A stretch of DNA of 63,999 nucleotides, filler included, from Octopus bimaculoides (GCF_001194135.2; 6 parts of 6 records of this genome joined end to end with filler, not necessarily neighbours in it); one strand, 5' to 3'; shown: positions 23,695 to 37,620, counted from the first letter of the whole stretch. Notes: generated by a model from the sequence alone, not told the origin. Numbers and translations are program-made.

Positions 23695-24786
23695 GTATAT
23701 GTGTATGTATGTATGTATGTATGTATGCATGTATATAAATGGAGAAACATTGCTCTTGGTGCTTGAGACCAAACGAACTCTATAAGCTGTATAAGCTCTG
23801 TATCACAGGAGGAAAATCAACAATATCATGTGCAAAATAAAGGTTCTTTTCCAAAAGTTTTTAAATCGTTTCTATCTTAGATCTTGCATGAACATATTGG
23901 ATTCAGTTATAATGCATCATAGCTCAATATTAGCAGAAATGGGTACTGTTGCTATACCAATAGTAAACATATACTATCGACTTGGCACGGGGGAGAGAAT
24001 AAATAATTGAATACTGATACGAGATATTAACGTTTTACAGAACGCTACTCACGTGTTTGTTTAACAGAACTATCGAAGGCTAAATCGATATACCATACGG
24101 GCTCGCCATTCCACAGGCTAATATTGTAACTAAGAATAGAAACATTGATTTGAAGGAAAGCTATAGGTCTATTGGTTTATGGAAGAGATTTACAGAGGTC
24201 TTTTTTTTTTTAATTATTTCCTCCAGGCCCGTTACAAGATTAACACGAATAAATCTGATGAAAAGGCAGGTAGAAAGAAAAGAGTGTGGTATGTGTCATA
24301 CAGTTTCTAATTAATATTGCGTTGCTGTTGGAAGCTTAAAAACAAATCATTTTTCAAGCCTTGTAGCATTGTAGCTTCATTACACAAAAATGTTTTACTG
24401 TATTGTACATTCATTGCTTTTGACTAAAGTAACAGCTACATTATTTGCTACCTGTGAAATCTTAAAAGACTAATCAACTATTCTTACTCTTATGAACGAA
24501 AGCATAATAATTGTTTCTGATGTTATAAAACTTTTAAACTGAAAGGAAAGAGTATGTTTGTGGTTTCATATATTTTTTGTGCTAAATACCCTGTCAATTT
24601 GTTAAGAATTATTCAATGGCAACCGGTCAACAAAAGAAAGAAATACTAAAGTAGATTATCATTCCTTTGTTACATATCTTAAGATGTACCCTGGAAATAC
24701 CACCAATGCTGAGAAACAGCTGGGGTATTTAAAACATTTTTTCGAATGCTAGAGGAATGGTGTTTGGCTGAAAGAAATGTTCATAA

Positions 24787-25018
24787 GGCGGTGAGCTGGC
24801 AGAAACATTAGCACGCCGGGTGAAATGCTTAGCGGTATTTTGCCTGCCGCTACGTACTGAGTTCAAATTCCGCCGAAGTCGACTTTGCATCTCAGCCTTT
24901 CGGGGTCGATAAATTAAGTACCAGTTACGCACTGGGTTGATGTAATCGACTTAATCCCTTTGTCTGTCCTTGTTTGTCCCCTCTGTGTTTAGCCCCTTGT
25001 GGGTAGTAAAGAAATAAG
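24787..25018 (+). mobile_element. SINE family B
   Basis: Head, core and GTAAAGAAATAAG tail. Confidence 0.85.
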
Positions 25019-26005
25019 AAATGTTCATAATTAAGTGTATGAATATCGTTTTACATCCGAGGTCCATCTAACATCCATGTTCTATTCAATGAATGCTGCA
25101 AATACGTCCGTAATAATGAAATATATCGTATAAAGCGTTGCGAAAAAAGATGGAATGACCAAGGAATATCAAATCAGACTCAAATGAATATAGCAACGAA
25201 TGTTTTCCTCTTGTGACAAGAGAACATTCATCAATGCATATGCAGTGCCCCCCCCCCGCTACTTGAACTAACGATTGGATTATTTGGTTAAACAACAGTG
25301 GTAATTACAATAAGGATCCTATCATCAGCGAGAAACTTCTATTGTAATAATATCGCAAAGCAGTCTCATGAGAAACGAACGGAGAATAAGGACAGACGAG
25401 CTTTGAAAGTCATACACTATCACTCAGACAGCTTCTCTTAAACGACAACAGTAAAACTAAAGACTTAATTGTTCACAGGTAAGAAGTAAGATCTTACGAT
25501 TTGCAAGTTGCTCACAGATGACCCTATGAACAGTGACATACCTTGCAATCCCTGCTGGATAAACTTTATTCAACAAAGACCAGCAAGAGAAATAATTTGC
25601 ACAATGACAAATTACATGTATGATTATGTTTCTTCAGAAAGTTTGAGAATTATGACGATAAAATTAAAAAATATAAACTCTCTAAGATATGTGTTCATTA
25701 CGTCATGTCACAGTGAAAATGCCATGTTTTTACATTTGAACTACGAGAGTTAGATCCAAAATATCTATTAAACGAAAGAAACAGCATCACCCTTAGGCCC
25801 GCAGTATATTACTAAAAGTTTTGATTATGTCACATGACAGAGGTAATATACTTGATCAGTAACTTCTCCAGTATCTCATCAACAGATTACTTTTTAAGAT
25901 GACACCAAGTTGTTAAAGCAAAATACAATACCATCCGTAGAAAGAACGGTCATAGGAAGGAGTTCTGATGTTATATTCATATATTCCAATATAATGAATA
26001 CTTAA

Positions 26006-26195
26006 AGCGGCGACCAACCAGTATCGTTAGCACTCTGGGAAAAATGCTTAGCGACATTTCGTCCGTCTTCGCGTTCCGAGTTCAAATTCAGTCGAGGTCG
26101 ATTTTGCATTTCATCCTTTCAGGGTCGGGAAAACAAGTACCAGTTCGTCTCACCGAAATTTCTAGTCTTGTATCAAAATTTGAAACCAATATAAG
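26006..26195 (+). mobile_element. SINE family B (diverged)
   Basis: Head and core homology. Confidence 0.75.
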
Positions 26196-26454
26196 GAATC
26201 ATTTTGGAATATTTCCACCGAAACTACCACTAAATGTAAATGTAGCAACTTTGATTTACAATAGAAAATAAAAATGAATAGATAAATAAAAGCGATGTAC
26301 AGCGCTGAGGGTAGTAATAAGAACTTCAAAAATTTTGGTTTCTTCCTCCAAAGTATAAATTTACATGTGTACCTTTAATTTTTGGTACAAATGGTTTTGT
26401 TAACAATCAGGTAAATAATAATCTGGAGAAGCCGAGGTTTTCAAACGCAGAAGG

Positions 26455-26850
26455 AAACTGTTGTTGTTGTTGGCACTCCGTCGCTTACGGCGTTAAGGGT
26501 TACAGTTGATCCGATCAACGGAACAGCCTGCTCGTGAAATTAACGTGCAAGTGGCTGTGCACTCCACAGACACGTGTACCCTTAACGTAGTTCTCGGGGA
26601 TATTCAGCGCGACACAGAGTGTGACAAGACTGGCCCTTTGAATTACAGGTACAACAGAAACAGGAAGTAAGAGTGAGAGAAAGTTGTGGTGAAAGAGTAC
26701 AGCAGGGTTCGCCACCATCCCCTGCCGGAGCCTCGTGGAGCTTTAGGTGTTTTCGCTCAATAAACACACACAACGCCCGGTCTGGGAACTGAAACCGCGA
26801 TCCAATGACCGCGAGTCCGCTGCCCTAACCACTGGGCCATTGCACCTCCA
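26455..26850 (-). mobile_element. SINE family C, full length with (AAC)n tail
   Basis: tRNA-like head identical in pattern to 3852-3961. Confidence 0.85.
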
Positions 26851-27222
26851 CGCAGAAGGAAACTATCTAATGTGTATTCTGCAATTTCATTCTGTAAATC
26901 GAACAGGGAAAATGTGTAATAGTTCTCTGAAATTCAAGATGCAGCTCCATAAATTTGTTGCTATCTTACTTTGAATCAAGGGGTTATGCTTCGTTGCTAA
27001 TGACAAGACTCTTCTTTGTAGAAAGAGCTACTACAAAACTTAGACTAACAGAAAGTAATATAATTGAAAACATTCGAGAAAAAGAAGAATACGGAAATAT
27101 TGATAGGAAATGTTAGAGAATACTGGATAACAAAGCTAATGGTAACAGTAACAGTAATCAAAACTGTGATAATAATCACAACCCCCAAACTAATGATGAT
27201 GATGATGATAAGGAGACAGATT

Positions 27223-27259
<37 letters not shown>

Positions 27260-27479
27260 ATATCATTGTCGTCGTCGTTGCTGTCGTCATATCTTCATCA
27301 TCATTCAGTTATCATCCTCATCATCAAGAGCCCCCCCCGCCCCCACCATTATCACCAACGCCATTGTAGCCATCTTGATCATCGTCGTCATCATCTTCCT
27401 CATCTACATGAGCACAACGATGATGTCTATAAAGGTAAGGATGATGCAAACGATTGATGACGACGACGACGACGACGAC

Positions 27480-27514
<35 letters not shown>

Positions 27515-28308
27515 CGACGATGATGTTGCTGATGACGATGGTGTCAGTTAAGATAACAACGATCATAATGGAATACTAATCATGGTGATGATGATGATGG
27601 TGATGCGTCTGGCATTCTTGAGGATGATGATAGTTGTTATGACATGAATTACGAAGCGAACGCACGTACGCACATGCACATATGCACACACACGCACACT
27701 TACGCATTTACAAATTCACACTTGCACACAAAACCATATCTTTATAATTACGTCTACTGTAACATCACAATACGTGTGTGTATAAATGCAGTCATGTTTA
27801 AACGCGTATGGAGTGTATGCCTGAGTACGTGAGTATGAATACATAAGTACTTCTCTTTGTGTTAGTATGTGTTTGTGTGCGAATGAGTGTATATGTACAG
27901 TTAACAAAAAAAGATTACTACAATACAGACATTTGTTGAACAACATTCTCTTGACAAGGAAAATAATAACAAAAAAAAAACCCCACGAAACCTCTACAAA
28001 AAAACAGTTAACTAATAAATAAAACAAACAAAACCGAGACAAAAAAAATGTAGATAATTAAAAAAGATTAAAAAAAAGAGTAAAGTTAAAGTAAGAAAGA
28101 CATGATCCAGAGATCAAGATGTCGGAAACAACATAAATTTGGCAGTTCTGATTCTGCCTAATAAAAAACAATTAATACTTGCCGGCGTTGAAGAGCATGC
28201 AGTCTGTGGAAATAGAAGAAAAATACAGCTTATTAAACAAAGATAAAAACATACATGTAAATACATAGATACATAGATACATACATAGATACACACATAC
28301 ATACATAA

Positions 28309-28367
<59 letters not shown>

Positions 28368-29126
28368 NNNNNNNNNNNNNNNNNNNNNNNNNNNNNNNNN
28401 NNNNNNNNNNNNNNNNNNNNNNNNNNNNNNNNNNNNNNNNNNNNNNNNNNNNNNNNNNNNNNNNNNNNNNNNNNNNNNNNNNNNNNNNNNNNNNNNNNNN
28501 NNNNNNNNNNNNNNNNNNNNNNNNNNNNNNNNNNNNNNNNNNNNNNNNNNNNNNNNNNNNNNNNNNNNNNNNNNNNNNNNNNNNNNNNNNNNNNNNNNNN
28601 NNNNNNNNNNNNNNNNNNNNNNNNNNNNNNNNNNNNNNNNNNNNNNNNNNNNNNNNNNNNNNNNNNNNNNNNNNNNNNNNNNNNNNNNNNNNNNNNNNNN
28701 NNNNNNNNNNNNNNNNNNNNNNNNNNNNNNNNNNNNNNNNNNNNNNNNNNNNNNNNNNNNNNNNNNNNNNNNNNNNNNNNNNNNNNNNNNNNNNNNNNNN
28801 NNNNNNNNNNNNNNNNNNNNNNNNNNNNNNNNNNNNNNNNNNNNNNNNNNNNNNNNNNNNNNNNNNNNNNNNNNNNNNNNNNNNNNNNNNNNNNNNNNNN
28901 NNNNNNNNNNNNNNNNNNNNNNNNNNNNNNNNNNNNNNNNNNNNGTTATTATTGAAGATTTCTAAATCTTTTAATCATACTGTCTGTCAGCAAGCATTTT
29001 CAATCATGCGGGCACTAATTTCTTCCATTGTTTCTTGAATTGCTGCAAAGAATGTTTCTTTAATCTGATTTGCTTTTGAAAGTTATCTTCTAATTCATCT
29101 TTGATAAAATTATCTGCCACGTATTT

Positions 29127-29178
<52 letters not shown>

Positions 29179-29529
29179 TGAGGAGGAGGGAAGTGCTTCA
29201 TAATTTTGTCCATGTCATAAATAAACAAATAACAACTCAAATCCAAGATCTTCGAGAATCTGTGAATTGGCACTGTCATTGCAATAGGTGATGTGTTTCA
29301 ACAATTTGAATAAATATATACTCTATTATCATTACATCATCGCCTTCGTAGTTGAATGCATGCAACCCCACCTATGTGTCTTGCTTCATTTTCTCTTCTC
29401 TTCTGTTGGTTATACGCGACAAGAAAGAAAAGTCCCTAGAATAATTTGTATCAAATTAAGTCGACATATTTGTACAATGCAAAAGATTGCTTTCTGCCAT
29501 ATATTATTATTATCATTATTATTGTGATT

Positions 29530-30042
29530 AAGTGAGAGAGTAGTGCATGCCATCAAAGTGACATACAAAACCCAGTATACCCATCCTGACTACCCGACTG
29601 ATAAGGATACATCATCCACATGCATCACAACCATATGTGCACGACATGGTGAACTCATGCCAAGGTAAACAGCGCATGCCCTTGCAGGTGGAGCCCAGTG
29701 AGAACTTTCTTCAAGTCGAGTAGCTCATTCCTGAATAAGGGTTGTTTAAGGTTGTTGAGCGAAACACCTATGTCTCCAGAGGTGAATTATTCACGTCCTA
29801 AAGTATTCCCCTCAACACATGGCACATGATGCTCCCTCACTATTTCTGCTCATGATCAGAGATGCACGTTGTCGACTGGTGAAGGTCAAATAATTGACAA
29901 ACAAATCTGTGGTACCGAGCAAGATATTTGCTGTAGCCCATTTCTTTATACCAAGACAAAACATATACAAAACATATAACAATTCCAATCAGTTAAGATC
30001 AGAAGCCATGAGAGCCACTGCCTGGTTCTGCATCAGGGCATT
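29530..30042 (-). mobile_element. Non-coding interspersed repeat, family F, embedded in (TAA)n/(ATT)n
   Basis: Homologous to 41733-42245 and 62447-62550; flanked on both sides by ATT/ATC microsatellite. Strand inferred from the (AAT)n tail. Confidence 0.7.
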
Positions 30043-30064
30043 TTTCAATATTATTATTATCTTG

Positions 30065-30096
<32 letters not shown>

Positions 30097-30132
30097 CATT
30101 ATTATTATTATTATTGTCATCATCATCATTAA

Positions 30133-30410
30133 GGCGGCGAACTGGCAGAATCGTTGGCAAGCTGGACGAAGTGCTTAACAGTAATTTGCCCGTTCCAACG
30201 TTCTGAGTTCAAATTCCACCAAGGTCGACTTTGTCTTTCATCCTTTCGGGGTCGATAAATTAAGTACCAGTTGAGTACTGGGATAAAAGTGATCGATAGA
30301 ATAAGTACTAGACTTACAAAGAATAAGTCCTGGGGTCGATTTGTTCGACTAAAGGCGGTGCTCCAGCATGGCCGGAGTCAAATGACTGAAACAAGTAAAA
30401 GAATAAAACA
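30133..30410 (+). mobile_element. SINE B head and core joined to a SINE A tail
   Basis: Switch at about 30290. Confidence 0.7.
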
Positions 30411-31177
30411 ATACACACACACACACACACACACATACGCGCATATACACATGCGCATTCTATTCTGAATTTCATTCTTAGCTGGGCTGCTCACGATAGT
30501 TGTGAGTAAATGTCGGACTAGGAGTTGACTGTCAATTATGATATAATAAATGCGTATTTATCCACTGTACCACGCAACCCATTGTATCGAATTCTATATT
30601 AGATAATGATAGTAGTTTGTAAAATATATTATTGATATATNNNNNNNNNNNNNNNNNNNNNNNNNNNNNNNNNNNNNNNNNNNNNNNNNNNNNNNNNNNN
30701 NNNNNNNNNNNNNNNNNNNNNNNNNNNNNNNNNNNNNNNNNNNNNNNNNNNNNNNNNNNNNNNNNNNNNNNNNNNNNNNNNNNNNNNNNNNNNNNNNNNN
30801 NNNNNNNNNNNNNNNNNNNNNNNNNNNNNNNNNNNNNNNNNNNNNNNNNNNNNNNNNNNNNNNNNNNNNNNNNNNNNNNNNNNNNNNNNNNNNNNNNNNN
30901 NNNNNNNNNNNNNNNNNNNNNNNNNNNNNNNNNNNNNNNNNNNNNNNNNNNNNNNNNNNNNNNNNNNNNNNNCATATATATGTACATACATATATACATG
31001 CGTACATATATATGTATATATATATATATATATATCGAGAAAGAGAGAGAGAAAAAGAGAGATACATATGTGTATATACATGTATAGCTTTATACATGTA
31101 TATTTTTATATACGTATGTACATTTGGTCGCGTAAGCGAACGGCGCGCACTCACACATACACACACGCGCACACACA

Positions 31178-31226
<49 letters not shown>

Positions 31227-31789
31227 GCACGCACGCACATATGTGCACTGCACTGAGATTGCACTGACACAAAGACCTATATACATTCAAGTAGCTTCGC
31301 CAAAGTTACTAAAACCACCTTGTCAAATACTTTCATGTCATATTCTGTATAATAAATCAAACGAAGTGAGCATGTATGTCAGACGTAATATTCTCGTAAG
31401 CGCATTACTTCTGATCTACAAGCACGAGTTGAAGGTGTACATGTCCTTTTGAGACGTTACAATGAGTAGTGTGTGGAGAAGGAATCTCATTGGTTATTTT
31501 ATTATTTTTTTTGCAGTTTTTCTTAATTTTTTAGTTTGCTTTTTTTATGTTTTCCGATTCACCAATGACAAATATGGAAATTGATAACTACAAAAATAGT
31601 AGTACGAGCAGGTCAGAGTTCATTGCTCTCATTTCACACTCTCAGACCTACGTAAAGAACTGGAAGACTTACCAACTTGGCATAGGTACTACATGAAATA
31701 AAAATGACTAAATGCGAGAACCTCTACGCGGTCGCTCAAAATCCTAGAAATAGCAGTAAAAATCTCCTATAGATACACAATATTCTTTT

Positions 31790-32330
31790 CTAGTCTAGAC
31801 ACAAGGCCCGAAATTTTGGGGGAGAGGCTAGTCGATTAGATCAACTCCAATATGCAACTGGTACTTAATTTATCAACCACGAGAGGATGGAAAGCAAAGT
31901 CGACCTCGGCGGAATTTGAACTCAGAACGTAACGGCAGACGAAATACCGCTAAGCATTTCGCCTGGTGTGCTAACGTTTCTTATTTCTTTACTGCCCACA
32001 AGGGGCTACGCACAGAGGGTACAAACAAGGACAGACAAACAGATTAAGTCGATTATATCGACCCCAGTGCATACCTGGTACTTCATTTATCGACCCCGAA
32101 AGGATGAAAGGCAAAGTCGACCTCGGCGGAATTTGAACTCAGAACGTAACGGTAGACGAAATACCACTAAGCATTTCGCCCGGCGTGCTAACGTTTCTGC
32201 CAGCTCGCCGCCTTAAAGGATGAAAGGCAAAGTCGACCTCGGCGGAATTTGAACTCAGAACGTAAAGACAGACGAAATACCACAAAGCATTTCGCCCGGC
32301 GTGCTAACGTTTCTGCCAGCTCGCTGCGTT
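31790..32330 (-). mobile_element. Composite/dimeric SINE B with a tandem extra head
   Basis: Head-core-tail followed by a headless monomer; about 115-bp tandem duplication at 32100-32328. Confidence 0.8.
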
Positions 32331-34224
32331 AATAGTTACACAATATTCTCTTAAACCTTTCACTGCGAAATTAAATTTCATTGTTTTTACAGTAATGATG
32401 TTAAATATCTACCAAAATAATAATAATAATAATAATAATAATAAAGAAATAAATAAGTAAATACTTTCTGCTAGTGACATTGCTATTTTCTGTTGAGATA
32501 CTTGACGTATCTCAACAGAAAATAGTTTCAAATATGACATGGTATATCAAAGTGCTTTCCGCAGCTAAGAGTAAAGAAATATTTTGTGGATATACCTATT
32601 TTCGACAGTAAAAGGACTAAAGAAGGAAAGACAACGTTTGACAACGTAGTTCTGCATGTTCATTATAAGACAAGATGACATGACCACAATGCACTTTATC
32701 GAGGTTTACTACACGAAGACATTTGAGAAGCTGCGAGCTTTGACTCTTGATCTGCTGTGAACTAATTAAGAGAGTCAATACATTGTTGGTCGTCTTACAA
32801 GAAATAGTACTCAAGTTTCCAGAAAATGGAGTCCTACCACGTTAGGGAAAAGGAGACTACACTGAATAACGTAATTAGAAATATAAAGTCGAGATCATCC
32901 CAGCTGAAATGCTTTCGTTCATAGCTTGGTACACTGTATTCGGGACATCATGAGTGTAAACAAAATCAGCTGCAACAGTGACAGCATACTATGATATTTA
33001 TATCTTAATGTATATTAACTCTCAAGAAAAATCCATAACAATCTCTAAGTCACGTAGAAAGCTAACTGTTATTAAAGATGGGTATGTTTGATTAAATCAA
33101 ACCATATACTTGGCTAGAACTCACTTGATAGTCAAATCACTGGTATCGTAAATAGCTGGTGGGCAGTGAAAGCGAAATTTGTCAAAGCATGCGGTTGATA
33201 TTGGATATTTGCTATTGACAACACGCAAATACACGGAAATCCGGATATAGTAGCTACACTGCCGCTGCTAGACGCTTTTCTTTTTCTGGTACTGATACGC
33301 TTTTATCCGTTTTAGCAGTATACGTCTGTAAGAAACACTTTAGCAAAAGGAGTACCGCAGTGTTATGGTCTTCTGCAGTATATCCACATTAAATGAGATA
33401 CATAGAACGATTATATATANNNNNNNNNNNNNNNNNNNNNNNNNNNNNNNNNNNNNNNNNNNNNNNNNNNNNNNNNNNNNNNNNNNNNNNNNNNNNNNNN
33501 NNNNNNNNNNNNNNNNNNNNNNNNNNNNNNNNNNNNNNNNNNNNNNNNNNNNNNNNNNNNNNNNNNNNNNNNNNNNNNNNNNNNNNNNNNNNNNNNNNNN
33601 NNNNNNNNNNNNNNNNNNNNNNNNNNNNNNNNNNNNNNNNNNNNNNNNNNNNNNNNNNNNNNNNNNNNNNNNNNNNNNNNNNNNNNNNNNNNNNNNNNNN
33701 NNNNNNNNNNNNNNNNNNNNNNNNNNNNNNNNNNNNNNNNNNNNNNNNNNNNNNNNNNNNNNNNNNNNNNNNNNNNNNNNNNNNNNNNNNNNNNNNNNNN
33801 NNNNNNNNNNNNNNNNNNNNNNNNNNNNNNNNNNNNNNNNNNNNNNNNNNNNNNNNNNNNNNNNNNNNNNNNNNNNNNNNNNNNNNNNNNNNNNNNNNNN
33901 NNNNNNNNNNNNNNNNNNNNNNNNNNNNNNNNNNNNNNNNNNNNNNNNNNNNNNNNNNNNNNNNNNNNNNNNNNNNNNNNNNNNNNNNNNNNNNNNNNNN
34001 NNNNNNNNNNNNNNNNNNNNNNNNNNNNNNNNNNNNNNNNNNNNNNNNNNNNNNNNNNNNNNNNNNNNNNNNNNNNNNNNNNNNNNNNNNNNNNNNNNNN
34101 NNNNNNNNNNNNNNNNNNNNNNNNNNNNNNNNNNNNNNNNNNNNNNNNNNNNNNNNNNNNNNNNNNNNNNNNNNNNNNNNNNNNNNNNNNNNNNNNNNNN
34201 NNNNNNNNNNNNNNNNNNNNNNNN

Positions 34225-34268
<44 letters not shown>

Positions 34269-34589
34269 CGCCCTCTAATGTCCAATCAAGCAGAGTGCCA
34301 CTCCATGATTCGATATTCCTGACGGAAAATAGCCTGTATGAATGAATCAAATTATGAATAAATGATGTAATTGCTAAAATTTTCGACGTAAAAGTATTTT
34401 AGACAAAAGCCACACTGAACCGTTTCATCACTTTCTGTATAAGTTGTTGTATACTGACTGAGCTTATGTCAGTTATGCAAGATTATGCAGTGGAAAACAA
34501 TTCTTACCATGCAAAGAATACCAGTCTTTCAGTCTCTCACTGGTTTTGCTAACCAAAAATTATTCCAACATTTTTAGCTCAAATGTAAG

Positions 34590-34790
34590 AATCGTTAGCA
34601 CTCTGGACGAAATGCTTAGCGGTATTTCACGCGTCTCTACGTTCTGAGTTCATATTCCACCGAGGTCGACTTTGCCTTTCATCCTTTCGGTGTCGATAAA
34701 TTAAGTACCAGTTACGTACTAGGTCGATATAATCGACTGGCCCCCTCCCCCAAATTTTCGAGCCTTGTGCTTAGAGTAGAAAAGATTATT
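34590..34790 (+). mobile_element. SINE family B
   Basis: Core homology. Confidence 0.8.
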
Positions 34791-35171
34791 AGCTCAAATC
34801 TTTTTATTGCAGACATCATAAGACCTCCACCAAGATGTAACAAAACCAATTTTAACACGTGATTTCACATTAAAAATCATGTGACCAGAAGTTAAAAAGG
34901 AAACGTGAATGCAATATTTTCTCGTAAAGAAATATGTATTACAATATTGTATATTCATGTATCTCTGAACTACATATGAACATTTTAACTTCCAAGAAAT
35001 AACATTCGCGAGTTGTACCTGAGCCAAATTTACTCAAGTGACTCAAAGCATTATTGATTGATGTCAATACAATGTTTTCTTCATAATGGTCTTTGTCTGT
35101 CTGTTTGTCTGCTCCCCCTCTCTCTCTTAAAAGTTCAGGTAAATTTTCGAATTAGCATTAACAATTTTGGC

Positions 35172-35253
<82 letters not shown>

Positions 35254-35902
35254 GATTGATTGATTCAATATAAATAATGTTTTCTTAATAATGGTCTCTC
35301 TCCGTCTCTGTCTGTTGTTTCTCTCTCTCTTTCTTTTAGACGTTCAGGTAAATTTTCAAATTAGCATTAACAATTTTGGCAATACACACACACATGCACA
35401 TACACATACACACATACATATACACATACACATACATACCTACACATACATGCACTCACACACAATAGGTCAGTATTTTAAATTTACACCACTCTGGCTA
35501 TTAATCCTTATCATGTGATTGGTTTTTACAAGTTCGAGCTTCTCTGATCAAAGTAGAGATATAAATGCGATAAAGGTGAGATGTCCAACGGCCTCTGGGT
35601 AATGGAAATGAATGGCGATGTATGGGGGTGGTGAGAAGCAATGAATAAAGATTAGCTTTCTGTTTAAATACGCACCCTATAAATTTAGTCAAGATAACGC
35701 CAGACAGGCAAAATAATGTTATAGCAGTAAACTGTAGTTACAGCAAAGATATACATCAAATGATATGAGTTCGACAACGAAGGTACTTTTAAGTGGTCGT
35801 TCGTGTTGTTACAATTAACCACAACAGCGTATTAGTTAGAACCAGGTCAGACGATATAATTATTCCATCCATGATAATACGTCGCGAGACATTTTGATTT
35901 TA

Positions 35903-36108
35903 AATTTTGGCACAAAGCTAGCAATTCTGAGGGAGGGGTTAAGTCAATTACATCGACCACCCAGTGCTCAATTGGTACTTATTTTGTTGACCTCGAAAGG
36001 ATGAAAGGCAGAGTAGACTTCGGCAGGATTTGAACTCAGAACGTAAAGACGGATGAAGTGCTGCCTAACATTTTTTCTCGGCATGCTAAAGATTCAACCA
36101 GCTCGCCG
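35903..36108 (-). mobile_element. SINE family B (diverged)
   Basis: Core homology. Confidence 0.75.
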
Positions 36109-36169
36109 TGTTAATGGTAACATGCATTTTAAACACAAGTAACTGAGACAGGAACAAGTAAATTTATTC

Positions 36170-36545
36170 TTTTCTACACTAGGCACAAGGTCCGAAATTT
36201 TGGGGGAGGGGCTAGTCGATTAGATCGAACCCAGTACGGAACTGGTACTTAATTTATCGACCCCGAAGGCAAAGTCGAACTAGGCGGGATTTGAACTCAG
36301 AACGTAAAGACAGACGAAATACTGCTAAGCATTTTGCCTAGTGTGCTAACGTTTCTTATTTCTTTACTGTCCACAAGAGGCTACACACAGAGAGGACAAA
36401 CAAGGACAGACAAACAGATTAAGTCGATTACATCGACCCCAGTGCGTAACTGTTACTTATTTAATCGATCCTGAAAGGATGAAAGGCAAAGTCGACCTTG
36501 GCAGAATTTGAACTCACAACGTGAGTATTTAACCCGGCGCTCGCC
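36170..36545 (-). mobile_element. Dimeric SINE B
   Basis: Same internal junction (GCTAACGTTTCTTATTTCTTTACTG) as at about 31970. Confidence 0.8.
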
Positions 36546-36804
36546 ACATTCGAACAAGAAAATTTATTAAGGATAAGTGTATAATACATAACCAAAGCAC
36601 AAGCGTTCATAACCATGTTCAATGTATAAAAATATTACATCATTTAGATGGCTATCAACTGCAGGGAAATATTTTGTGCACTTTCTTTCATGGCTAACAT
36701 TGATGGTGCAGTAAATAAATGAACTGGGATTGCAACTATCTCCCACTGGATGCTTTGTTTGAGTTTGAACGTAGAGCAGGCTGTTATGTATTAGTTATCT
36801 TTCA

Positions 36805-37211
36805 GGTTTTACATGTTTCAGTCATTGGGCTGCGGCCATCATCAGGCACCGCCTTAAAGGATTTTAGTCAAACAAATTGACCCCTGTCTGTACTTATGTG
36901 TTATTTTGTGTCTAGTCGTCGCGCTAAGTCACAGGGACGTAAACAAACCAACCTCGGTTGTTAATTGGTGGCGGGAGACAAATGCAACATTAACAAGCTC
37001 ATATGTATATATATATATGCACATATGCATGCATATGCATATACACACACTTATATACATGTGTGTATATATATGTGTGTATGTGTATACATATATATGT
37101 ATAGATATATACACACACACAAACATATATTTATGCACATATATACATTTCTATCCACACATAAATATATATACATACCTATATATACATATGCTTTTAT
37201 ATATGTGTATA

Positions 37212-37246
<35 letters not shown>

Positions 37247-37455
37247 NNNNNNNNNNNNNNNNNNNNNNNNNNNNNNNNNNNNNNNNNNNNNNNNNNNNNN
37301 NNNNNNNNNNNNNNNNNNNNNNNNNNNNNNNNNNNNNNNNNNNNNNNNNNNNNNNNNNNNNNNNNNNNNNNNNNNNNNNNNNNNNNNNNNNNNNNNNNNN
37401 NNNNNNNNNNNNNNNNNNNNNNNNNNNNNNNNNNNNNNNNNNNNNNNNNNNNNNN

Positions 37456-37515
<60 letters not shown>

Positions 37516-37620
37516 TATACACACATATATATACATATATAGATGTATTATGTATATTTACTCTTATGGCATTAGTCGGCTCGGGACTATAGTAGAAGAC
37601 ACTTGCCCAGTGTGCTACTC
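36805..37620 (-). mobile_element. SINE family A with an expanded central microsatellite and gap
   Basis: A tail at 36805-36990, A head part at 37570-37620. Confidence 0.65.

Noticed and set aside
28980-29113. Possible minus-strand exon (NFIKDELEDNFQKQ..); similar candidates at 21897-21984, 19744-19874 and plus-strand 46258-46340
   Set aside because: Plausible acceptors but no recognisable homology or consistent donor and frame chain.
32100-32330. CRISPR-like or satellite array (also about 50-bp repeats at 11115-11230)
   Set aside because: Tandem SINE heads or a 2.3-copy minisatellite; no repeat-spacer pattern and a eukaryotic context.
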